DNA of 64,000 nucleotides from Acidimicrobiia bacterium (lineage in GTDB: Bacteria; Actinomycetota; Acidimicrobiia; Acidimicrobiales; JANYDT01), in NCBI GenBank assembly GCA_031423635.1, contig JANPFX010000077.1:6344-70343 (forward strand), given 5' to 3'. Each line of letters starts with the position of its first letter. The stretch's first letter is position 1. Both the position numbers and the translations under genes were made by a program. Below the pieces are notes generated by a model. The model was not told the DNA's origin. It saw nothing but the letters and a program-made list of their open reading frames with translations, and did no database searches. Positions 38,150 to 46,317 of this stretch are shown here, one piece after another.

Positions 38150-39290
38150 GGTCGATGCTCCCGTCATCGCCCCGTTCCGGCGCTTCGCCGGTCTCGACGG
38201 CCTCCGCGCCTTCGCGGTTCTTCTCGTCGTCTGGCACAACTGGGGCGCGTTGCCGTTCACCCGTCGTTTCGGTCGAGCCGGGGAGCTCCGGGCGGGGTAC
38301 ATCGGCGTGAGTGTGTTCTTCGTCATCAGCGGCTTCCTCATCACGCATCTTCTTCTCGACGAGGTTGCCGCGAGTGGGCGCGTTCGCATCTCTGCGTTCT
38401 ATGTTCGGCGGGCATACCGGCTTCTTCCCGCACTCCTCCTCACGCTGATCCTCCTGATTGCCACGGGGGCCCGGCGACACCACCCGTGGAGCGACACGGC
38501 CCACGCCACAGCGACGGCACTCGGCTACATCTTCAACCTGGCCGCCGAGCGTGCGCCGGTGGCCAAACCGTTGGGCGGGGCCGGCTGGGGGCACTTGTGG
38601 TCGCTCTCCGTCGAGGAGCAGTTCTACCTCGTCTGGCCTGTCCTCATCGGGCTGCTCGCCCGCAGGTGGTCGCCGAAGGCAGTCACCTGCGGCCTGGTCG
38701 CGGCGTCCTGTGCGATCACGGCCTGGCGGACCCACCTCTGGCTCGACGGGGCGTCGTTCTTTCGCCTCTATCTCCTCACCGACGTTCGCTGTGATGCGAT
38801 CCTCCTGGGTGCTGCGTCGGCAGTGGCGCTTCGCACGTTCCCCGGGTTGCGCCTGTTCGCCGGGCGGGTCGGCTGGACGCTCGGGCCGTTGCTGATCGGC
38901 GTGCTGGTGCTTGCCCACCGAGGCTCATCGGCGGACCCTGCGGCTCCACCCGGGTGGCTCGTCGGGCCGGGCACGCTCGTCGTCTCGGTGGCAGCCGTGC
39001 TCATGGTCCTGATCGCGGTCACCGAGTCGGGGGGCAGGGTCCAGCGGGTGCTGGATTGCGCTCCCGTGGCGGCGATCGGTCGGCGGTCGTACGGGATCTA
39101 CCTGTTCCACTACCCGCTCGAAGCGATCACGGCGAACCTTCGGGGTGGCTGGTTCCTCGCGCTCGGATCGACCGTTGCGCTGACCGAGATCAGCTACCGG
39201 TTCGTTGAACTCCCGGTGCTGCGCCGCCTGCCGGCGTCCGCGTTCCGTCGGCCAATCGGGATGAGCGCACGCCACGCGGAAGTCACGTGA
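38136..39290 (+). CDS. acyltransferase family 3 (membrane O-acyltransferase)
   Basis: FAGLDGLRAFAVLLVVWHNWG N-terminal signature and multiple TM helices. An alternative start is ATG 38148. Confidence 0.8.
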   Translation: MAAVMVDAPVIAPFRRFAGLDGLRAFAVLLVVWHNWGALPFTRRFGRAGELRAGYIGVSVFFVISGFLITHLLLDEVAASGRVRISAFYVRRAYRLLPALLLTLILLIATGARRHHPWSDTAHATATALGYIFNLAAERAPVAKPLGGAGWGHLWSLSVEEQFYLVWPVLIGLLARRWSPKAVTCGLVAASCAITAWRTHLWLDGASFFRLYLLTDVRCDAILLGAASAVALRTFPGLRLFAGRVGWTLGPLLIGVLVLAHRGSSADPAAPPGWLVGPGTLVVSVAAVLMVLIAVTESGGRVQRVLDCAPVAAIGRRSYGIYLFHYPLEAITANLRGGWFLALGSTVALTEISYRFVELPVLRRLPASAFRRPIGMSARHAEVT

Positions 39291-39398
39291 CGAGAGTCAC
39301 ACTCGCTGGATGACGGCGTGACATCCGAGTTGGACGCCTGTTCCGGAGAGTTACCGACGTCATCCCGACCTCGACGCCTGTTCCAAGGAGCCCCACAA

Positions 39399-40022
39399 AT
39401 GCGTATGACCCGAACCCGCGCAGCTGTCGCTGTCGCCGCCCTCGCCCTTACCTTCGGGCTGGCCGCCTGCGGCAGCGATTCCGCCGACACCACGGCAGCC
39501 CCGGCCGAGACGGAAGCGGTGGCCGCCGAGACCGAAGCCCCGGTCGAGACCGAGGCCATGGCCGCAGAGTCGGAAGCGGTGGCCGCCGAGACGGAAGCCG
39601 CTGCGGCAGCCGATGCGCCGAAGGACATCATCGATACCGCCGTTGCCGCCGGCAGCTTCAACACGCTGGCCAAGCTCCTCACCGATGCCGGTCTCGTGGA
39701 GACCCTGAAGGGCGAGGGCCCGTTCACCGTGTTCGCCCCGACCGATGAGGCTTTCGCCGCCGTCCCGGCCGACACCCTCGCCGCCCTCGGCGCCGACAAG
39801 GCCCTTCTCACCAAGGTCCTGACCTACCACGTCGTCCCGGGCAAGGTATTGGCCGCCCACAGCGCCGCCGGCGTTGACGCCACCGTGGCCGGTCCGACCG
39901 TCAAGCTCTCCATCGTCGACGGCAAGGTCATGGTGAACGACGCCACCGTCGTCACCGCCGACGTTGCTGCGTCGAATGGTGTCATCCACGTCATCGACAA
40001 GGTGCTCCTCCCCCCGGCGTGA
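39399..40022 (+). CDS. fasciclin (FAS1) domain lipoprotein
   Basis: Lipobox LAAC after [20 protein letters not shown], then an Ala/Glu/Thr-rich linker. FAS1 core [10 protein letters not shown]...VLTYHVVPG...[13 protein letters not shown]. Confidence 0.85.
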   Translation: MRMTRTRAAVAVAALALTFGLAACGSDSADTTAAPAETEAVAAETEAPVETEAMAAESEAVAAETEAAAAADAPKDIIDTAVAAGSFNTLAKLLTDAGLVETLKGEGPFTVFAPTDEAFAAVPADTLAALGADKALLTKVLTYHVVPGKVLAAHSAAGVDATVAGPTVKLSIVDGKVMVNDATVVTADVAASNGVIHVIDKVLLPPA

Positions 40023-40101
40023 GCATCCTGATGTCGTGATCGGCCCCGGGCCGGTGGTCCCCCCCTCCACCGCACCCGGGGCCGTTTCGCGTCCGGACAC
40101 T

Positions 40102-40334
40102 GGGAGAGAGGTTGCCCCCTCTGTTGTTTGGGCGCTGCGCCGCTCGCTCCGCTCGACTGCTCGCAACACGAGTGGCGCCGACATTGGGAGAGAGGTTGCC
40201 CCCTCTGTTGTTTGGGCGCTGCGCCGCTCGCTCCGCTCGACTGCTCGCAACACGAGTGGCGCCGACATTGGGAGAGAGGTTGCCCCAATGTATGGGGGCA
40301 GAACACCTCCGAACGCAGCTCGGAGGTGTTCTGC
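40102..40334 (-). repeat. modular intergenic repeat, copy 2 (inverse orientation; A box x3 with perfect 84-bp tandem unit x2, then palindrome and hairpin)
   Basis: GGGAGAGAGGTTGCCCC at 40102, 40186 and 40270, with identical 67-nt segments between. GCCCCAATGTATGGGGGC at 40282-40299. Hairpin GCAGAACACCTCCGA-n7-TCGGAGGTGTTCTGC at 40298-40334. Confidence 0.95.
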
Positions 40335-40365
40335 AGCATCGGACGGACGCCCCTACCGTTGTCGG

Positions 40366-41523
40366 ATGGTCCGGGTCTCGACACGCTCGCAGGTGCCGCC
40401 GTTCTATGCGATGGCCATGGGCGCGCTCGCCGAGGCGCGTCAGACCCAAGGCCACCGGGTGCTGCACCTCGAGGTCGGACAGCCGAGCGGTGGCGCCCCA
40501 GCAGGAGCGCGAGCCGCCGCCGCCGAAGCGCTGACCCGTCGAGCCCTCGGCTACACAACCTCGCCGGGCCTCCCCGAACTGCGGGCACGCATCGCCCGCC
40601 ACTACGACCATTTGTACGGCGTCGGCGTCGACCCGCGCCAGGTCAGCGTCGTCGGCGGTGCATCCGGCGGATTCGTCCTTGCCTTCCTGGCGTGCTTCGA
40701 CGTGGGTTCTCGCGTAGCCCTCACGGAGCCCGGCTATCCCGCGTACCGCAACACCCTCGACGCCCTCGGGTGCCTTCCGGTGGGCATCCCCATCGGCCCA
40801 GACACCGGATACCGGCTCACGGGATCGGCCATCGAGTCAGCCCATCGGGCCGCGCCTCTTGACGGATTGATCATCGCGTCTCCGTCCAATCCCACCGGCA
40901 CCCAACTGAGCGACAACGACCTCGTCGACATCGTCTCGACCTGTCACCGTCTTGGCATCACGTTGATCGCCGACGAGATCTATCACGGCATCACCTACGA
41001 CACACCGGCGTCCACCGTGCTCTCGCACACGGGAAACGTCGTCGTGCTCAACAGTTTCTCGAAGTACTTCGGCATGACCGGATGGCGTCTCGGATGGATC
41101 GTTGCCCCGCCCGAACTCGTTGATCCCATCGATCGCCTGGCCCAGAACCTCTACATCTGCGCGCCCCATGTGTCGCAGGTCGCCGGGCTCGCTGCGTTCG
41201 ACTGCGCCGACGAACTTGACGCCCGTGTCGTGGAGTTCGCCGAGAAGCGTCGCGTTCTCCTCGACGGACTTCACCGCGCCGGCCTGACCGACACCGCACC
41301 ATCCGACGGCGCCTTCTACGCCTACGCCGACGTCTCCCATCTGACCGGCGATTCGTGGGGCTTGTGTCGGCAGTGGCTCACCGACATCGACGTCGCCGTC
41401 ACGCCCGGTATTGATTTCGACCCGGTTCGCGGCCACCGGTTCATCAGGTTCTCCTACGCGGGATCACTCGACGACGTGCGTGAAGCCGCCGAGCGCATCG
41501 CTGCGTGGACGTCGACGCGCTGA
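40366..41523 (+). CDS. pyridoxal-phosphate-dependent aminotransferase (class I/II)
   Basis: Start MVRVSTRSQVPPFYAMAM. The PLP-lysine region is NSFSKYFGMTGWRLGW. Length is 385 aa. Confidence 0.85.
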   Translation: MVRVSTRSQVPPFYAMAMGALAEARQTQGHRVLHLEVGQPSGGAPAGARAAAAEALTRRALGYTTSPGLPELRARIARHYDHLYGVGVDPRQVSVVGGASGGFVLAFLACFDVGSRVALTEPGYPAYRNTLDALGCLPVGIPIGPDTGYRLTGSAIESAHRAAPLDGLIIASPSNPTGTQLSDNDLVDIVSTCHRLGITLIADEIYHGITYDTPASTVLSHTGNVVVLNSFSKYFGMTGWRLGWIVAPPELVDPIDRLAQNLYICAPHVSQVAGLAAFDCADELDARVVEFAEKRRVLLDGLHRAGLTDTAPSDGAFYAYADVSHLTGDSWGLCRQWLTDIDVAVTPGIDFDPVRGHRFIRFSYAGSLDDVREAAERIAAWTSTR

Positions 41524-41630
41524 CGACCGTGCGGCGAGCGCTGCGCCGACGCGCCGAAGCTCGACCCCGTGAGTCGAGCGTTTCAGCCCCGTGGCGAGTG
41601 GCCTGTCCCCCGGCGACCACGCACCGAGTG

Positions 41631-43331
41631 CTATCCCCAGTAGGCGTCCGACCAGACGTTGCCGGTCCACGTTGCACCTGACCAGGTCGCGCCCGACCAG
41701 GTGGACCCGGACCAGGACGAGCCAGACCACGAAGACCCGGACCACGAGGAACCCGACCACGAAGACCCGGACCACGAGGAACCCGACCACGTGGAACCTG
41801 ACCAGGTACCGCCGGCCCACGCCGTGAGGGTGAGTTCGGCCTGAGCTTGGGCGGGGCCGTTGTAGGGCTTGGCGAAGATGTCCAAGTCGCCGTTCAGTTC
41901 GATCCCGTTGTGCACGAGTCGTGACGAACCGCGGGCGGCGTCGAGGGATCCGCCTCCGAGGAGGGTTACCTTCGGCGGGTTGGTGGCGGACCAGATCGTT
42001 GGCGAGTTCCGGGCCAGGCGCAGGTCAAGGGCGCCCTTGCCCTGCATCTCCGGCTTGACCTTCTTGAGCTTGATCGTCGATTCCGTCAGCGCCTGCTTCA
42101 CCGAGTCGGGTGTGATGGAGGGATTCTGCTGAACGAGCAGAGCGGCCGCTCCGGAGACGATGGCCGACGCCTGGGACGTACCGCTGCCGCGGAACAGCTG
42201 CTCGTTGATGTACCCGGTGCCGCCGTGCTTGGTGTCGATGGTCGAGCCGGGTGCCCGGAGGCTGACGATGCTCTTCCCCGGAACGACGAAATCGGGGCGC
42301 CGGGCCTTGCTGCCGTTCGACGAGAAGCTGGCGATCTCGTCCCATTCCCGCGGATTGGAGGCTGCGGTCTGACCCAGCGCACCGACGGCGATGATCGTGC
42401 CGGTGCGGGCCGGGTTGGTCATGGTGCTGCGCTTGTCGGCCCAGCCGGCGTTCCCGCTGGCGGCGACCACGACGATGCCCCGGCGCCAGGCCTGGTCGAC
42501 GGCGAACGACAGCGGGTCGATCTTGACGTCCTGGGTGGAGTCCGTGCCGTAGGAGAGGTTCATCACCCGGATGTTCAGGCCGTTCTTGTTGCGGTTCGCG
42601 ACGACCCAGTCGATCGCCGCGATCACCTGAGAGACATCGGTGGAACCGTCCTTGTCGGCGACCTTGACGCTGACGATGCGGGCATCGGGGGCCACTCCCA
42701 CGAAGCCGCTGGTGGGGTCGCTGAGCGATGTGCCCGCCGTCCGTCCGGCGATGAGGCCGGCCATGTGGGTGCCGTGGCCGTAGGTGTCGACGTTGCGCTT
42801 GGCCGGGTCCTGCGACTCGAGGGAGAGGTCGGGTCCGAACAGCACGCGGTTCGCCGGCAGCGCGTCGCTGATCCGAACACCGGAGTCGATCAGGGCCACG
42901 TCGACGCCGCGGCCGGTGATGCCGGCGTTCCAGTACGCCGACGAGCCGATGATCTCGCTCACGTTCTTGGGGCCGCCCACGTCGGTGTAGGGGTTCCAAG
43001 CCTGGCTGAGCGGTCGAACGACCTCGTTCGGGGTGACCGATCGGATGCCGGGAACGCGACGAAGTCCGGTCAGGTCGCGCTGATCGACGGTCGCCGCGAT
43101 CCCTCCGACGATATCGAGGCGGCGGGTGACCCTCCCTTTCACTCTGGCCACGGCGTCGACGGCACGTCCGACCTGGCCGGGATCAGCCGTGACGATGACC
43201 GAGACCGGTCGATCGGCGGCGACGGCCGGCTGAGGTCCGGTGACAACGAGGACCGGTGCGAGACCCAGCGCGCCGAGTGCAGCGATGGAGTGGAGGCGTG
43301 TCCGTTTCACTCGCGATCCATCGGCAACCAC
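41631..43331 (-). CDS. secreted S8 (subtilisin-like) serine peptidase with C-terminal Trp-repeat tail
   Basis: Catalytic triad contexts VALIDSGV, HGTHMAGLIAG and GTSQASAIVSGAAALL. A signal peptide is present and an alternative GTG start lies near 43310. Confidence 0.9.
   Translation of the reverse strand: MVADGSRVKRTRLHSIAALGALGLAPVLVVTGPQPAVAADRPVSVIVTADPGQVGRAVDAVARVKGRVTRRLDIVGGIAATVDQRDLTGLRRVPGIRSVTPNEVVRPLSQAWNPYTDVGGPKNVSEIIGSSAYWNAGITGRGVDVALIDSGVRISDALPANRVLFGPDLSLESQDPAKRNVDTYGHGTHMAGLIAGRTAGTSLSDPTSGFVGVAPDARIVSVKVADKDGSTDVSQVIAAIDWVVANRNKNGLNIRVMNLSYGTDSTQDVKIDPLSFAVDQAWRRGIVVVAASGNAGWADKRSTMTNPARTGTIIAVGALGQTAASNPREWDEIASFSSNGSKARRPDFVVPGKSIVSLRAPGSTIDTKHGGTGYINEQLFRGSGTSQASAIVSGAAALLVQQNPSITPDSVKQALTESTIKLKKVKPEMQGKGALDLRLARNSPTIWSATNPPKVTLLGGGSLDAARGSSRLVHNGIELNGDLDIFAKPYNGPAQAQAELTLTAWAGGTWSGSTWSGSSWSGSSWSGSSWSGSSWSGSSWSGSTWSGATWSGATWTGNVWSDAYWG
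41634..41810 (-). repeat. 15-nt (5-aa) tandem repeat inside the S8 peptidase gene, about 12 units of x-x-W-S/T-G
   Basis: Translation GTWSG STWSG SSWSG x5 STWSG ATWSG ATWTG NVWSD AYWG. The DNA shows a 15-bp periodicity of CCAGGA/CCACGA units. Confidence 0.9.
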
Positions 43332-43364
43332 TCTCCGTGACCAAATGAGTCGTTCGGTTCGTTC

Positions 43365-46010
43365 CTACCCTGGACCGCTCGGACGGTGATGGGCCGCCCG
43401 GATCAGCGGTTCAGTGATCCTTGGCCTGCCCGACACACTGCGGACGGCCAGGCCGGCCGTGCCGCAGGTCAGATCGTCGACCAGCGCACCCAACGTCGTC
43501 GGGGCGCGCAGCCCCCGCCCCTGCATCCACGAGCACCCGAGTGCGCGGGCGGCCGCCACGTCGCGGTTGCTCTCGATTCCTTTGGCCACCAGTCGGAAAT
43601 CGAAGACCTCGCCGAGCTCGGTGAGTGCCCGCACGACGGGCATGACGGCAGCGTCCGACAGACCTCCGACGGTGGTGCGGGCGAGCTTCACGATCAACGG
43701 CCGGACGTCGGCGAGGAGTTGGAACGGCACGTCGTCGAGCTCGAAGTCGTCGAGCGACACGGCGACGCCGAGCTCGCGAAGGGTGCCGACGCGGCGGAGC
43801 ACCGCCTCGGTTGAGCGGCGAAGCGCACGAACGGGGATCTCGAGCACCAATCGGTTGAGGTGGTCGGGCGCCGTTTGGCGGCGCACGACTTCCGCGAACG
43901 AGTCGCGGCTCAGCTGGGTGAGGCCGAGGTTGATGGCGACCGTGACGTCAGGGAAACCCTCGGTCTGTTCCAGAGCGTCGGCGATGCTGCGCAACACGAA
44001 CTCGTCGATGATCTCCGCGGCCGCCCCGTCGGTCAAACCGACGAGGAAGTCGTCGGGCCCGAGTACACCGTGCACCGGATGGTTCCATCGCAGGAGGCCT
44101 TCGATGCTCACGATTGCGCCGGTGGTGGTGTCGACCACCGGCTGGTAGGCCATCGAGAACTGGTCGAGAGGCACGTGCTGGGCCAAGTGGTTCGCGAGCT
44201 CGGTGCCGCGACCGTTCACCCCTGCCCGTTGGGGATCGATGACTTCGACGGCGTTCTTGCCACGGGCCTTTGCCCGGTACATCGCCTGATCGGCCCGGTC
44301 GAGGAGCGCGGCGAGATCGTCGCCGTCCACCACGACCCCGATTCCCACCGTCGCTCTCGGGGCGACCTCGATCCCGCTCGCCAACAGCATCGGCTGACGG
44401 ATCACCTCGAGCAGCCGCTGGCCGCGAAGGTCCAGTGACTCTTGACGCGCGTTCGGGTCGAAGAGCAGGGCGAACTCATCGCCCGAGAGGCGGGCGGCCG
44501 ATTCGGTCGAAGTGATTGCGGATTGGATGCGTCGACCGATCGTGACCAGCATGGCGTCACCGGCGGCGTGTCCGAAGGAGTCGTTGACGTTCTTGAAGTC
44601 GTCGAGATCGATGATGGCAACAGCCCACCGACCTCCGTTGACCCCTTTCGTGTTGATGACCTGTCGCGCCGCTCGGGTGAATGCTGACCGATTGAGCAGC
44701 CCGGTGAGTGGATCATGCTGGAGCTCGTGGACGAGCCGGCGCTCCAGATCGCGCAGCTCGGAGATCGACGCCATCTGGCGCTCGTTCTCGATGAGCGACC
44801 CGATCTGGGCGGCCAGGGCGAAAGCGAGCGGAAGGTCCCGGGCGTCGAAGGCGTCGACCCCCTCGACTTCCGAACCGATCAGCAGGACGCCGTCAACCAG
44901 ATCCGGAACGTGGACGGGTACGACCAGACCCGAACGCAGACCCCGCTCGAGGATGGCGCGGCTCAGGACGTCTTCACCGAGGTCGCTGGCGTTGCGCATG
45001 TCGGCCGTCCCGGCGGGCGGGATCGACACGGCGTCGAGGAGTCCCGGCGTCGCACCCTGTCCGTTGCGTTGCGGGCTCTGGGCGTGTCGGCGGTTCCCGC
45101 CGACGTTCAGGGCGACTTCGACGTGGGAGAACCGGAGGTCCCGCTGGGCGTTTCCGATCAATGCGGTGAGTGTGTGCTCGGTCGCCTCGGCGTGGCGCAG
45201 GGCTTCGGTCGACCGGTGGAGGAATTCCATCTCGCTCTTGCGCTGCCGCTCACGCTGGTAGACGACGTTGGATGAGTAGCCGATGAAGAACGGGACGAGC
45301 ATCAGCGGGGTGGCCACAGGTGTGGTCGACGCGAGGGCCGCCGTCGCCATGCCGACTGCCGCTGTTGCCAAGCTCGCCAGCGCACTGACGAACACCGAAG
45401 GGAGCATCTCCGACGCGGGGAGCTTCTCGCCGCTCACCCGAACCACGAGAACGACGAGCATCGAACCGCAGACGGAGAACACGACACAAGCGACGAACCC
45501 GAACGTGATGGCGCGAAGTGTCGTCATCGACGAGATGTTGCCCAGATCGAGGACCAGCGCCGCGAGTTGCGAGCACAGCACGAACGTCGCGGCGTTGAAG
45601 GCAACTTTGAGCAGGGGTTGGCGACGGAGGAATCGCAGCGTCACGCATCCGCCCAGCACGACCGCGCCGATCGTCGGACCATGTCCGAGGTGCAGCAGCG
45701 AGAGGAGCACGACGCCGTCGGTGAGCGAGATCGAATGTGCCGACCGGCCGAGGTGGATGTGGACGACGAAGGCCTCGGCCAGGGCGAACAGGGCAACCAT
45801 GCCGACCCAGCCACTCCAGCTGGACCACGCAGGATGCGCCACAGGGGGACCGTGGGTCACGGCGAACAACGCGAGGCCGACCGCCAAGATCAGAACGGAC
45901 AGGACCCAGATCTGCGGTGCCCGGGACCGCCCACGGCCGACCGGCAACAGTTCAGACTGGTTCCCCGACGCGACCGTCGTGACCCTCCCGTCGTTGTTCC
46001 TGTCCGGCAC
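43365..46010 (-). CDS. membrane-anchored GGDEF/EAL (c-di-GMP) signalling protein
   Basis: N-terminal multi-TM region. GGDEF domain with variant site RLSGDEFALLF. EAL domain with EGLLRW in place of EALxR. Confidence 0.85.
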   Translation of the reverse strand: MPDRNNDGRVTTVASGNQSELLPVGRGRSRAPQIWVLSVLILAVGLALFAVTHGPPVAHPAWSSWSGWVGMVALFALAEAFVVHIHLGRSAHSISLTDGVVLLSLLHLGHGPTIGAVVLGGCVTLRFLRRQPLLKVAFNAATFVLCSQLAALVLDLGNISSMTTLRAITFGFVACVVFSVCGSMLVVLVVRVSGEKLPASEMLPSVFVSALASLATAAVGMATAALASTTPVATPLMLVPFFIGYSSNVVYQRERQRKSEMEFLHRSTEALRHAEATEHTLTALIGNAQRDLRFSHVEVALNVGGNRRHAQSPQRNGQGATPGLLDAVSIPPAGTADMRNASDLGEDVLSRAILERGLRSGLVVPVHVPDLVDGVLLIGSEVEGVDAFDARDLPLAFALAAQIGSLIENERQMASISELRDLERRLVHELQHDPLTGLLNRSAFTRAARQVINTKGVNGGRWAVAIIDLDDFKNVNDSFGHAAGDAMLVTIGRRIQSAITSTESAARLSGDEFALLFDPNARQESLDLRGQRLLEVIRQPMLLASGIEVAPRATVGIGVVVDGDDLAALLDRADQAMYRAKARGKNAVEVIDPQRAGVNGRGTELANHLAQHVPLDQFSMAYQPVVDTTTGAIVSIEGLLRWNHPVHGVLGPDDFLVGLTDGAAAEIIDEFVLRSIADALEQTEGFPDVTVAINLGLTQLSRDSFAEVVRRQTAPDHLNRLVLEIPVRALRRSTEAVLRRVGTLRELGVAVSLDDFELDDVPFQLLADVRPLIVKLARTTVGGLSDAAVMPVVRALTELGEVFDFRLVAKGIESNRDVAAARALGCSWMQGRGLRAPTTLGALVDDLTCGTAGLAVRSVSGRPRITEPLIRAAHHRPSGPG

Positions 46011-46110
46011 GGTCGAACCATCGGCACCTCGACAGGGGACATTGACTCAGCCGGGTCGATCGACCTACGACCTTGCCGGCTGCCCGGCAGCATGTCGTCG
46101 GGTGGCGCGG

Positions 46111-46317
46111 CTACGGGCGTGGGCGTCGGGTGAGGGGGTGGTTGTTCCACCAGCGGCCGGAGAATCGCCAGTCGGTCGTGGTGGAGCTCTCGGCTGCAGC
46201 GTCGACCAGCAGCACCGGCTTCGGCCAGGCCCATTCCATCGCGGCGACGATAGCGACGAGCTGGTCGTCGGTCGGAGTCGGCGAAATGTCCCGGGCAGAC
46301 GCGATCGGGCCGTTCAC
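46111..46317 (-). CDS. acyl-CoA carboxylase epsilon subunit
   Basis: 68 aa: VNGPIASARDISPTPTDDQLVAIVAAMEWAW...WRFSGRWW. GTG 46317 overlaps the pccB stop (GTGA). It is hidden inside the spurious ORF 46111..46953. Confidence 0.7.
   Translation of the reverse strand: MNGPIASARDISPTPTDDQLVAIVAAMEWAWPKPVLLVDAAAESSTTTDWRFSGRWWNNHPLTRRPRP

Noticed and set aside
40102-40286. Possible mini-CRISPR array (17-nt repeats with ~67-nt spacers).
   Set aside because: The two spacers are identical to each other and homologous to the segments at the other loci. The repeats are only 17 nt. There are no cas genes and no leader. It is a tandem duplication, not a CRISPR array.
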